Shown here: piece by piece, positions 18,466-28,340 of the stretch
How the letters are laid out: each line of letters starts with the position of its first letter
Numbering within the stretch: the first letter of the stretch is position 1
Source: Bdellovibrionota bacterium
GTDB lineage: Bacteria; Bdellovibrionota_C; UBA2361; CALJRW01
Assembly: GCA_041740355.1 (NCBI GenBank)
Contig: JBGSMD010000046.1
Coordinates: 64,001 to 128,000 of the forward strand
Reading direction: 5' to 3'
DNA: 64,000 nucleotides
The notes under the pieces: generated by a model
What the model saw: the letters and a program-made list of their open reading frames with translations, nothing else
Databases searched by the model: none
Told to the model about the DNA's origin: nothing
Made by a program: the position numbers and the translations under genes

Positions 18466-19640
18466 TTCGTGTCCTCCCAAGGGTAATTACCAATCTGTGG
18501 CGAGTTTAACTTTAAATTCTCAGAGGAGTTACTGCTTGTAAGTTTTTGTTTTTCTAAGGCACTTAATAGTTTGTGAGTAATGGCAGGAGCAAAGGTTAGT
18601 TTGGTTGGCCAGGCAAGCATGGTGTTACTTTTTTCCATAATAGCCGGACCTTCGGGGAGGAATCCATTACTGGTATAAGGCTCGGCCCGATCAATTAATA
18701 ATGTTGACCATTTCTTGCTATCCCAATTAATAAATGGAAATAAAGTTTTCAATTCTTGTTTTGCAAAATCGATAGCGACTTCATCACTGTCTTCAATATG
18801 TTTTACTGCAACTAGACCACCTAAATACCAAGTGAATTTTCCATTTGCTTTAGGGTGCGCTGACACAGTGACTCTGGGCCTTGGATCAATAGTAATGCAG
18901 TGGGCGTATAGTGGATATTCAATATCATCAACCAGAATTTGCTTTAATGGACGTCTTTGAGTTGTTTTTTTGTTAGGCCAAAGCTTAGCAGCTATTTCTT
19001 CGTTACCCAGGCCAGCTGTAAAAATAAACTGATCGGCAGTGAGTTCTAACGTCTGCACGCCTTGTGTAATAACTAGTGATTCTAATTTTTCGTTTTTTAC
19101 ATTTAATTCTAAATGATCAATCTTGAGGATCTGTTCTAAGTAGTTTCTACTAAGAGCTTCAGCAACACTTTGAATATCCAAAACTACTTCATCTAACTGA
19201 TAGATCTTACCTTTAAATTTTTTATGTGCTTGGAAAATTTCTGGCCAATGCTCTTTTGGTAAACTATCAACTCGGGAGTTCATTGCTTTAGAAGCAAAAA
19301 AAGAAGTTACGTTTGCGGTTAATCCGCCGGGTGACCACATGTATTGTTTAGAACTTAAAATTTTGGCTGAACTTAAATCGGGAGTAATTTCACCTTTTAG
19401 TGCTTGATCCCAAATTCCGGGCATAGCAGAAATAGATTCTGAATGGCTACTTAGTGCGCCTTGCAAGGCGTAACGTTGTCCACCGTGAATCATTCCTTGG
19501 GAGGCTAGGCTTTGAAGTCCACCAATAGCATTTTTTTCTAGAAGAATTACATCGTACCCCTTAGTTTTTAGAACATTAAAGCTCCAAAGCCCGGCAATGC
19601 CTGCTCCAACGATAATAATTTGATGGTGAGATGAATTCAT
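18456..19640 (-). CDS. FAD-dependent oxidoreductase
   Basis: IVGAGIAG, SQGMIHGG, WPTKLTFAP; overlaps the AKR start. Confidence 0.85.
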   Translation of the reverse strand: MNSSHHQIIIVGAGIAGLWSFNVLKTKGYDVILLEKNAIGGLQSLASQGMIHGGQRYALQGALSSHSESISAMPGIWDQALKGEITPDLSSAKILSSKQYMWSPGGLTANVTSFFASKAMNSRVDSLPKEHWPEIFQAHKKFKGKIYQLDEVVLDIQSVAEALSRNYLEQILKIDHLELNVKNEKLESLVITQGVQTLELTADQFIFTAGLGNEEIAAKLWPNKKTTQRRPLKQILVDDIEYPLYAHCITIDPRPRVTVSAHPKANGKFTWYLGGLVAVKHIEDSDEVAIDFAKQELKTLFPFINWDSKKWSTLLIDRAEPYTSNGFLPEGPAIMEKSNTMLAWPTKLTFAPAITHKLLSALEKQKLTSSNSSENLKLNSPQIGNYPWEDTKWQ

Positions 19641-19716
19641 GTTTCTAGTTAGGAAATTACTTGGTTAGTTCTTATAGTACTACAATATTTTGATAAATTA
19701 TGCGATTCTCTGACTT

Positions 19717-20202
19717 ATGTCTAAGTTGCGAATTACGGAATCTCTCAGTCAGGAATTAATGGAAGCTGCCTTGATCGAAGCCAGGAAGGCGGCCCTTGTG
19801 GAGGAAGTGCCAGTAGGTGCTGTTGTCTATTATCAAGATCGGATTATCGCGCGCGCTCACAATTTAGTAGAAATACAAAAGGATAGCTCGGCTCATGCCG
19901 AAATCTTAGCAATTAAAATGGCCGCCGAAGTTTTAGGAGATTGGCGCTTGAATCAATGCATTTTAGCTGTCACCTTAGAACCCTGCACAATGTGTTTAGG
20001 CGCAATTAAATTAGCTCGAATTCCTAATCTAATTATTGGATTAATGGATCCAGTTCGTGGTGCTTGTGGTTCATTGTTCGATTTAAGTAAGGACACTCGG
20101 TTAGGACCCGAAATTGAATTAATTACTAATATTTATGCTGGTAAGTCGGAAGATATTTTAAAGAGATTTTTTCAGAGTAAAAGATCTCAATCTAAAAACT
20201 AA
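19717..20202 (+). CDS. tadA: tRNA adenosine(34) deaminase
   Basis: EVPVGAV, AHAE, TLEPCTMC, C-terminal FF..KR. Confidence 0.9.
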   Translation: MSKLRITESLSQELMEAALIEARKAALVEEVPVGAVVYYQDRIIARAHNLVEIQKDSSAHAEILAIKMAAEVLGDWRLNQCILAVTLEPCTMCLGAIKLARIPNLIIGLMDPVRGACGSLFDLSKDTRLGPEIELITNIYAGKSEDILKRFFQSKRSQSKN

Positions 20203-20576
20203 AGGCTCTTTTGAGACCATTTTTTAGTTAAACGATCTTTAGCGCCACCAAATTCTTGATCAACATGATTAACGATTTCCGACAAGGTTTGCTTGCCGTC
20301 TTGATCAAATGTATCAGGATGGGGAAGAGAACTGAGAATATAAAAAGCAATTTCCTTGGGATTTACTTTACCCTTACAGGCTTTCGAATAATTAAAAGCT
20401 ATATCGACTAAGTTAAATCTGTAGTTTTGTTGTATCGCAATTTCAAAAACGCTAGAAATCTCCTTGATCACGTTATGTAGCTCTTGTGAGTTAATTAATT
20501 TGTGATTTGCTTCGATTCCTCTCCTCCAACCATCGATTTCTAATTCAAAAAGTTCGGGGAAGTTTAAAGCACTCAT
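20199..20576 (-). CDS. Hypothetical protein
   Basis: 125 aa ATG ORF, tightly packed. Confidence 0.6.
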   Translation of the reverse strand: MSALNFPELFELEIDGWRRGIEANHKLINSQELHNVIKEISSVFEIAIQQNYRFNLVDIAFNYSKACKGKVNPKEIAFYILSSLPHPDTFDQDGKQTLSEIVNHVDQEFGGAKDRLTKKWSQKSL

Positions 20577-20594
20577 TGGAGTTTAGATTAAATT

Positions 20595-20837
20595 TTATGC
20601 TGCAAGTTTCACATAGGGGGTAAAATCATGGATCAAGTGTGTGTGTGATGGTACCTCTGTTGGTCCTTTTGTTGCAATCCTAAAAACCGCTATGTTAAAA
20701 TCAGAAGGTCTTTGTGCATCAGGCGCTTGATTAAAAGCTTTTCTGGCTGCAAAATTATTGCCACCAAGCCCATCACACTCTTTGATTTCGGTCTGTTTAT
20801 GATCTTTTAAAGTTACTTTTAAGTCTTGGTTAGTCAT
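20595..20837 (-). CDS. Small hypothetical protein
   Basis: 80 aa ATG ORF with GTGGA upstream; ends in LAA. Confidence 0.5.
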   Translation of the reverse strand: MTNQDLKVTLKDHKQTEIKECDGLGGNNFAARKAFNQAPDAQRPSDFNIAVFRIATKGPTEVPSHTHLIHDFTPYVKLAA

Positions 20838-21008
20838 AGTTTATATCCACAAAGGTAGTATTTTTAACTATCAAACATCCTCTTAAAACTGCTTCTAAAA
20901 TAAATAAAAAATCTTAACTAATTGATATTGTTAAGGATATTATCTATCTTAAATGACCATTCTGTACTATATATAAGCCTAAAGAATTCACTTAAAGGAG
21001 TCGATACT

Positions 21009-21446
21009 ATGTTCAGCTGTTGTTTGGTAACATTTTTCAAGGAAGATATGTTTACACTCTTTAAATTCATATTCAAAATCGTGCTGACGGTTCAAGTTTT
21101 TCATTGGATGCTTGCAGAAGCGGATGTTTTTCTGCCAGGTGTTAAACAGTTTGCTCTCGAACAAATGCAAACTTATCAAATTCCAACACACCAAGCGATC
21201 TTAACAGATGGAGTTCTTAATTTCGGAGAAATGGGTGAAAAGGTTGATCGGATGTTAGCTCATGTTGCCGAGAGTCCGATTAAAATGGAAATTCCAAGAG
21301 GCTTAATTAGTTCAGGTCAAACAAAACTTCAAGAGCTAAAGTATGTTGCCTTAAATCAGTTGCCTGTTAATCCAGTAGAAGTTTTTGAAAATCAAAAACT
21401 TAAAGATGTTTTTAATGCGACGACTAATTCTTGGCAAGAATTTTAA
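21009..21446 (+). CDS. Hypothetical protein
   Basis: AAGGAG RBS before ATG 21009 (alternative ATG 21048); N-terminal hydrophobic stretch. Confidence 0.5.
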   Translation: MFSCCLVTFFKEDMFTLFKFIFKIVLTVQVFHWMLAEADVFLPGVKQFALEQMQTYQIPTHQAILTDGVLNFGEMGEKVDRMLAHVAESPIKMEIPRGLISSGQTKLQELKYVALNQLPVNPVEVFENQKLKDVFNATTNSWQEF

Positions 21447-23364
21447 TTCCCAAATTACGATTATCGGACGATAGTCCTAATTCTTGTGGTGAATTTATCT
21501 GATCTATCACCAAATAAAGTTTGCCTAAATTTAATTCTTTTTTCCCTAATTCGATTTCCAAATAATCTTCTTGCTGGGTAATAGGAAAGTTAACTTTAAA
21601 TTCTTCTGGAATTACTAAGCTAAGTTTTTGTGGTATCCAAGGTGAGAAGTATTTAAAGCTAAGTTTTACTCTGTTCTGTTCCGCACTTAAACAAAGATGT
21701 AAGTCTAAGTAGTAAATCTTTTGATCTAACCAAAACTCATTGAATTTATCGGCCTCTAAATAACAAAGATTATCTTTAAATTGAAATTCCAAGGCAGCAA
21801 TATCTAATTGATCTAGGTTTCTAAAGATTTCATTCTGATTGAATGTTAAAAGTTGGATTTCAGGATTATTAACTACTCGTTTTTTTTCTAAATCTCCAGG
21901 AAAGAACATTTTAGTGCTAACGATGTTTTTCTCTACATTGCTTAATTGTAAATAGCCAGGAACTAGAACTTCTTGATAGCCCTGAAGAAAAAGCTCAATT
22001 AACTTCTCTTTCTTTAAGTTAACACGATTAGTTCCAGGTCTGGTTAGGATTTCCTTTCCTTGTTCTTGCTTGGTAAATTTCGGTAGCCATAAATTTCCAT
22101 CAACAGCCAAACGCGAGTTCGGATTACCTGTAGAATGCAGATAGTTAAAGGCCTCAGTACGACTGTCAACAGTTTTTGATTTTTGAATCTGATAGATGCT
22201 GAGCACTAAGGGTTGTATTAAGACTAAGACGATTAAGCAAACACGCGTAGCTTTTGCTTTTAAGGATAGAAATAAATACTGCAAACCTATTACTGTGAGG
22301 ACTGGAATTAATGGCAAGATTAATAGTAAGTTGCGATTGAAGTTTGCTTTTTGAGAGATCATTAAAGCTAAGTATCCAAATAGAAATACCACTAATGGAA
22401 TAAGATCGTGATTTTTTTTCTGGAGGCCATAGGCTATTCCGACAAAGGCAATGGTTAGAGGAATAATACCCAGATCGTAGATACTAAGGCGGCTAAGATA
22501 ATAAAGTAACTGTGATAATCCCGGTTCCGCCTGATGATTGATGTGTCCAGCAACTCCATAATGCCAAACTTCAAAGGCCAGATGATCAAGAAACAGGGGT
22601 AGTTCTTTCAGGATATACGGCGACGCTGCGATAAAAGCGATCCAAGGGGCAATTGTTGCTATGAAAATCTTCCAAAGACTTGGTTTGACCAGGATGCAAC
22701 TTACTAGTGGTACTAGAATAATTGGTAGGGCATTATATTTAGTCGAGATTGCTAGGCCGGCAAAGATTGCCGACAAACAAATCGTTCTGATTCGTGGATT
22801 GCGATAGTATAAGGTTGCCGCCAATATAGTTAAGAGGCAAAACAATGCTGTCGGTTGATTTACCCCAATACTTGCTGAGTATTCTAGTGAAAGAGGTGCC
22901 AGTGATGTTAGTAGTGAGCTTAGAACTGAAAGTATCGGACTACGAGTTAAAAGCAAGGTCAAGTAATAAACGGCAACAATAATTAACAAGCCGATCCCAA
23001 TCGAAAATAAGCGATTAGCTTTTAGCGTTGCCGGATGCGAGCTAGTAAAATTATAGCCAGAAATTCCGTAAGTATCTTTTGTTCTAATATCCTTAATAGA
23101 TCTTGCTTGTTCTTTTTTTACAGACCATAAAAATCCAGCAGAGATTGCTGGTAAGCGAAGATAGAAATTTAGGCTTGGTTTTAAGAAATACTTCGGATTT
23201 AATTCTCCAGTTTGGAGCATCTGAACTTGACGATTAAAGTGGTGTGCTTCGTCTTCGTCATAAAAATATGGTAATCCACTCCCCACAAAAGGTAGCCTGA
23301 TTAACAAGCTAAAAATAAGGATTAAGGTAACGGAAATATAGTGGTTTTTGGTCAGTTTATGCAC
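21424..23364 (-). CDS. ArnT/PMT-like (GT-C) glycosyltransferase
   Basis: First TM then YDEDEAHH acidic loop, GLAISTKY, many TM helices, soluble C-terminal domain. Confidence 0.8.
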   Translation of the reverse strand: MHKLTKNHYISVTLILIFSLLIRLPFVGSGLPYFYDEDEAHHFNRQVQMLQTGELNPKYFLKPSLNFYLRLPAISAGFLWSVKKEQARSIKDIRTKDTYGISGYNFTSSHPATLKANRLFSIGIGLLIIVAVYYLTLLLTRSPILSVLSSLLTSLAPLSLEYSASIGVNQPTALFCLLTILAATLYYRNPRIRTICLSAIFAGLAISTKYNALPIILVPLVSCILVKPSLWKIFIATIAPWIAFIAASPYILKELPLFLDHLAFEVWHYGVAGHINHQAEPGLSQLLYYLSRLSIYDLGIIPLTIAFVGIAYGLQKKNHDLIPLVVFLFGYLALMISQKANFNRNLLLILPLIPVLTVIGLQYLFLSLKAKATRVCLIVLVLIQPLVLSIYQIQKSKTVDSRTEAFNYLHSTGNPNSRLAVDGNLWLPKFTKQEQGKEILTRPGTNRVNLKKEKLIELFLQGYQEVLVPGYLQLSNVEKNIVSTKMFFPGDLEKKRVVNNPEIQLLTFNQNEIFRNLDQLDIAALEFQFKDNLCYLEADKFNEFWLDQKIYYLDLHLCLSAEQNRVKLSFKYFSPWIPQKLSLVIPEEFKVNFPITQQEDYLEIELGKKELNLGKLYLVIDQINSPQELGLSSDNRNLGIKILAKN

Positions 23365-23604
23365 CCGCTTAATATAGCAAGGGCTACCTGCTTTTGCAAA
23401 ACCAAAGTAATCATCTTGCCTTTGGCGGATCTCGAAAGGATTCTACCCTTTTGGAGAGCAAAAAACATAGTTTCTATTGATCAAGATTTTCGGTGTTTCA
23501 AAAGGAGAGAATTATTTAACCTTCACTAAAACTTGAATCAGTAATAAGAAGATTAAACAATTATGAGGATTCTTTTTGCCTAGAATCCATGTAGAGTAGG
23601 GCAG

Positions 23605-24102
23605 TTATTTCTGGACAGTACGAGCCATTAATTTCTCATCTAACATGAAAAGTCCAACCCCGGAGGTTCCCAATTTATCGATATCATCGATCACTGCTCG
23701 AGTACTGGCTAATTCCTCAACCTGCTCCTGCAAGAACCATTGCAAGAAGTTGTAGGTTAATTGATCTTTTTCAGATAAGGATAGATTAGACAGATCGACT
23801 AGATTTTTAGTGATATCTTGTTCGGCCTGCATAGCCGCTTCAAAGACTTCTTTGATATTTTTAAAATTTTGCTTTGGAGTATCAATCGCTGAAATCTCCA
23901 CCTGCTCACCAAGTTCCGTCAGGTAATGATAAATTTTCATTCCGTGATTATGTTCCTCTGAAGACTGTAGTTTTAACCACGTAGCACAGCCAGGTAATTT
24001 ATTATTGTCACAATATACCGCCATCCCTAAGTATTTATAAGCAGATTGTAATTCGCGATTTAATTGTTTATTAAGACTAGTAATGATTTTAGCTTTTAAC
24101 AT
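23605..24102 (-). CDS. ftnA: Non-heme ferritin
   Basis: QLNRELQSAYKY, EEHNH, FLQWFLQEQVEE; AAGGAG RBS. Confidence 0.92.
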   Translation of the reverse strand: MLKAKIITSLNKQLNRELQSAYKYLGMAVYCDNNKLPGCATWLKLQSSEEHNHGMKIYHYLTELGEQVEISAIDTPKQNFKNIKEVFEAAMQAEQDITKNLVDLSNLSLSEKDQLTYNFLQWFLQEQVEELASTRAVIDDIDKLGTSGVGLFMLDEKLMARTVQK

Positions 24103-24199
24103 TTAATTTTGCTCCTTAAAGAATTAAATTTCCTCGAGTTCACGATATAGGAAAGTTTTTGAATCGACTATATTATACTGTTAATCATACATAACTACA

Positions 24200-24724
24200 A
24201 TGAAAATCAAACTTATTAAAACAGAGATCATTACTGAAGAGTTTCGTTTTCCAGTAAAGAAACAATTCTTTGAACACCCCGATGGATCTATTCATCGTCG
24301 TGATTTAATTGAGCATCCGGGTGCTGTTTTGATAATTCCTAAATTAACTAGTGATACCTATGTAATGATTAAGCAGTACCGACATGCAATTCAACAGGAG
24401 ATTTATGAGTTTCCCGCAGGAACAATTGAACCCGGGGAAGATTTGGTTGAATGTGCTCAAAGGGAGTTACAAGAAGAAATTGGATACAAAGCGAATACCT
24501 TAAAAAGTCTGGGACATATTTACCCAACACCGGGGTTTTGTAATGAGATTATTCACTGTTACTTGGCTGAGGATCTCATTCCCAGTCAGTTGGAACTCGA
24601 CGACGGAGAAGTAATTGAAAAAATTATTTTAAGTAAATCAGAAATAAAAGACTTAGTCATTCAAAATAAACTGATTGATTCCAAAAGCTTAGCAATTATG
24701 ACGAAAGCGGGACTGTTTGACTAA
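24200..24724 (+). CDS. Nudix hydrolase (ADP-ribose pyrophosphatase-like)
   Basis: HPGAV, KQYRH, EFPAG..EPGE....AQRELQEEIG Nudix box, TPGFCNE. Confidence 0.9.
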   Translation: MKIKLIKTEIITEEFRFPVKKQFFEHPDGSIHRRDLIEHPGAVLIIPKLTSDTYVMIKQYRHAIQQEIYEFPAGTIEPGEDLVECAQRELQEEIGYKANTLKSLGHIYPTPGFCNEIIHCYLAEDLIPSQLELDDGEVIEKIILSKSEIKDLVIQNKLIDSKSLAIMTKAGLFD

Positions 24725-24774
24725 AGTTATAGATCTGCGACTATTCTAATTGAAAACTAGATTTAAGGCTGTAA

Positions 24775-27042
24775 ATGAATCATTTCGCACATCATGCTCA
24801 TATTTCTTCACATGAGCCAACAGAAGTTTATGAACGACCTAGCAGAGAAGTCTCGGCTGCTACTCAAAAATATTCAGACTTAGTAATAGAAGATATATTT
24901 AAAAGACTTGGAGGTGTCGATCTTCTCGATGCTGACTTCGTTCGCAAGGCAGTTCGTGATTGTGGAGAATATTTAAACTTTTCTTCGATGGCTTCGCCGC
25001 ACCTCAAAAGTGGGGAGCAGGGTTGTGTTGCCGTCTTCGGATCCTCTCGTTCAATGGAGTTTGATTATAAAGGTCTAGTGCAAGTTGAGGATATTCTCTC
25101 TTTGCTTGTAGAGCAGGAAGCTGAAGGAGGAGCTCGCATTGCTGTTCATGGAGTGCGCCCCAAGAAAATTGTTTCCATCTTGAAGCAACTTAAGGAAATA
25201 AATTACCGACCGCAGAATCTCGCCGTTGAAAAGCTTGAATCGCTTAGCGAAATTTTGACAGAAATTAGCGCACTAAATGATCCCAAGTTACTAGAGCTTA
25301 TTAATCAAACCCCAGAATCTTTGGCAAATCTAACTCAACGCATAACTCTTGCACAAAATAGTGGAAAATCTCCTAGTAATAAACTCTTTGATTTGAAAGC
25401 TTTGTTGCAGATTGAGACAATATTCAAGGGTATTTGCGATGAAGACAATTATAAAATTCATCTAACTAATTTAAAAATAGATTTAGCTGAATTGCATATC
25501 TTGCAGAAGGATATTTCAAAATGTCTTGCTAAGCCGGGAAAATTATCAATACCACTTACCGAAGAGATCGAAGATATCTTAACTAAAATATACAACGATC
25601 GTAATCCACAACTTCGACGCATCGTTCGACAAACTCCTGAATCCATTTCGCAGTTACGAACAAAGCTTAATATGCACTGGGGCTATCAAAAATCTATGCA
25701 AATGGGAGCATCTTTGGATGAGGCAGGATTTATGGTGATGAGTGGTGGTGGACCTGGTTCAATGGAAGGTTCTTGCCGAGGTGCCAATCCAAATCAGAAG
25801 CTTGATGCCAATGTAATTGCCGTGGCAATTAATATTCCGGGTGAGCCAGGCAATCCGTATATTCCTGGCCATGGCCCCGGACATCACGAGCTAGTAAAAG
25901 GGGATTCAAGTTTGGATCGGCGCTCTGAGCATGACAAATTTACAATGCGTAAGTGGGGCCTTGTACACGAAAGTAATGGCTTAATCGTCATGCCGGGGGG
26001 ATTCGGAACTATGGAAGAATTTCTTGAAGTACTCAGTTTGATCTCTGGGGGTAATATCGATCAACCAGTTTGTTTTGTAGGCAAGCGCTTCTGGTCACCG
26101 ATCATTAGAGCTTTAAAAGAAACAGGATTTATTACTAAAGATTTGGCTTCCAGAATTTCAATTGTTGACGATACGAAGCAGGCAGCAGATAAAATCAAGG
26201 ATTACTATGTCCGTAATCATTCCGTAGATGGTAAAATTGTTTGGCCAAAACGATGGCAGAATTTAGATGACGATCTGGATCGTGATTTTTTGGTTAAGCG
26301 TAAAGTGCTACCAGACGGCAGCACCGCAGAGCTATTTTCATTCCCGCAGCATGAGTTTGAGAAACTAGCTCCGGAGAGGCGTGAGGTGATTTCAGAATTA
26401 TTAGCAATCGCAAAAGATGAAATGGCGAAAGTTCTTGGCAGTTGTCCGCATGCGGATTTGATGACCCCTAAAATGATTACGGGATTTGCTAAATTCTTGG
26501 TTGATAGTTTGAACATCGGCTCCAAGATGGCCGAATTAAAAGTTGATCACCCAGTTTTACTAATGGGCAGTCAGAATCAAACACACTTTACAGAAATGAA
26601 ATCGATCTTGCTTCAGAATGGCGTCTCCGTCGTTCAAAAAATTGGAGATACTGAAACTGGCGGAATCGGGATCACGGTCAGCGTTCCTAATATTAATGCA
26701 GATTCAGATAATGTTAGTTTTGACATTGATATTCCGGCGAGGATCCGAGCAATGGCTTTAGATATAGCCGCAGGACAGTGTAATAAGATTTTTGTCGCCA
26801 ACGGTGGAATTAAAGCATTGCATCGTACTTTTCAGTACTTATGTTGGATACAAACTGGTAAATTAAAAGATACTCAGTTAGTGGTAATCGATCCTCATAA
26901 ACGTTTTATGAAAGCCTTCAAGGCAATTTGTGAACAATCAGAAAACTTTGGCTGTACAAAACGTTCCGAGCGAGGTTTTATACAAATCTTTCAGTCTAGA
27001 GAAGAAGCCGTCGCTGCCGGTCACATAGAGTTAGCGGCTTAA
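24775..27042 (+). CDS. LOG/SLOG-family nucleotide phosphoribohydrolase with large insertion and second degenerate LOG-like domain
   Basis: VAVFGSSR, MSGGGPGSME, RKWGL, MPGGFGTMEE; C-terminal ANGGIKALHRTFQYLCWIQTGK. Confidence 0.75.
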   Translation: MNHFAHHAHISSHEPTEVYERPSREVSAATQKYSDLVIEDIFKRLGGVDLLDADFVRKAVRDCGEYLNFSSMASPHLKSGEQGCVAVFGSSRSMEFDYKGLVQVEDILSLLVEQEAEGGARIAVHGVRPKKIVSILKQLKEINYRPQNLAVEKLESLSEILTEISALNDPKLLELINQTPESLANLTQRITLAQNSGKSPSNKLFDLKALLQIETIFKGICDEDNYKIHLTNLKIDLAELHILQKDISKCLAKPGKLSIPLTEEIEDILTKIYNDRNPQLRRIVRQTPESISQLRTKLNMHWGYQKSMQMGASLDEAGFMVMSGGGPGSMEGSCRGANPNQKLDANVIAVAINIPGEPGNPYIPGHGPGHHELVKGDSSLDRRSEHDKFTMRKWGLVHESNGLIVMPGGFGTMEEFLEVLSLISGGNIDQPVCFVGKRFWSPIIRALKETGFITKDLASRISIVDDTKQAADKIKDYYVRNHSVDGKIVWPKRWQNLDDDLDRDFLVKRKVLPDGSTAELFSFPQHEFEKLAPERREVISELLAIAKDEMAKVLGSCPHADLMTPKMITGFAKFLVDSLNIGSKMAELKVDHPVLLMGSQNQTHFTEMKSILLQNGVSVVQKIGDTETGGIGITVSVPNINADSDNVSFDIDIPARIRAMALDIAAGQCNKIFVANGGIKALHRTFQYLCWIQTGKLKDTQLVVIDPHKRFMKAFKAICEQSENFGCTKRSERGFIQIFQSREEAVAAGHIELAA

Positions 27043-27054
27043 GAAATCTTTTGC

Positions 27055-28026
27055 TTAAAGCTGTTTCTTTAATTTCTTCAAATGATCACGACAAATTGAC
27101 TTCAAGTCAATGTTAGTCCCGAAAAGCTGTCGGTCAATTCTTTCTTGAACATATTGTAATAAGGAGGTTTTTTCGGAAATCTTTTCAACTTGTTCCCAAT
27201 ATTCAATTACATCTTCTAAGTATTCAGTAATATTGTAAGCACGGCTACCAGCATCATAAATAGTGCACCGCTCCAGTGGGTATAAAGGATTTTCTTTTTG
27301 AGACTCAATGAACTCTGGAGCCATTGTTGCCCCCAGGCGAATTAAATCTGTCCCATCAAATTTAATTTGGTATGGAGTATCTTTATCCGCTACTGCAAAA
27401 ATTCCTTCCAAGAAAATAATATTAATTTTCTTAATTTTTAAAGTGAGGTGATATTTCTGGAAAAGATCTTCGCAGATCTCAATTGTTCTTGGTCCACCAA
27501 TTGTAAAGAAAGTAACTTCGGAGATTTGATGTTGTTTGCTGGCAGCATAATTAAAAACTACATCGAGCCCATGGTAAAGACTAGTTCCCGTTGCTACCAC
27601 ATCACCAAAAACTAATTGGTTAATAGGGTGTAAATCAATTTTCTTGTAACTATCTTCGGTAATAATCCAACTGTTGTCTTTAGCTTGTTGTCTTTGGGCA
27701 CTGATAAAAATAGAGGAATGTTTATTAAAGCCTAAGGACTCATGGAGCGCATCGCGCAAACCAAAATTTAATCCACCACGAAGTATATTTAAAACTACAG
27801 TTTGACCTTCTTGGTAATTAGCTAATTTTAAATCAGTAAGCGTTTTAAAAGTCTTGGCGCAAGCTTTCTTTAACTTGTCAGTATATTCCATTCCAAAAAC
27901 TAAGGGATTATTGCAAATCGCCTGACTCTCGGGAGTTGAGAAAATGTAAGTATTCAGAAAATCTTTAGAGTGCTCTAGAGATTGGTAGAGGCTAGCTTCG
28001 GGGGAAATAAATAGTTTCTTTAACAT
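27055..28026 (-). CDS. Type I phosphoribosyltransferase-fold protein (divergent UPRTase-like)
   Basis: LNILRGGLNF and LVFGDVVATGTSL PRPP-loop motif. Confidence 0.7.
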   Translation of the reverse strand: MLKKLFISPEASLYQSLEHSKDFLNTYIFSTPESQAICNNPLVFGMEYTDKLKKACAKTFKTLTDLKLANYQEGQTVVLNILRGGLNFGLRDALHESLGFNKHSSIFISAQRQQAKDNSWIITEDSYKKIDLHPINQLVFGDVVATGTSLYHGLDVVFNYAASKQHQISEVTFFTIGGPRTIEICEDLFQKYHLTLKIKKINIIFLEGIFAVADKDTPYQIKFDGTDLIRLGATMAPEFIESQKENPLYPLERCTIYDAGSRAYNITEYLEDVIEYWEQVEKISEKTSLLQYVQERIDRQLFGTNIDLKSICRDHLKKLKKQL

Positions 28027-28340
28027 GTAGAATTTTTTAAACGAATTATATTCTTTAGAACTTTGCGTAATGCTTAATTACTATATGAAAAAATTTACAA
28101 TTAGGAAACTTATCCAAAATAAAATCGTAGGTTAGGCATATATACTAGGCGATATTATTATCATTATAATTTAGCCGCCTAGCATCTTAAGCACATTGTG
28201 CTTGAAGCGACCCCATGGGGGTAGAAAGGTTAATTACTTGAGAAACTAAATATACTAAAACCAGCGTAAACTTAAAATGCAGTTTGCCAAGCAGTACACT
28301 AAGGCCCTAATTGGTTTTAATAGAACCGAGAAAATTGCTT

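Noticed and set aside
19717-20202. Link between tadA here and the Tad pilus locus
   Set aside because: Name coincidence; this is the tRNA adenosine deaminase
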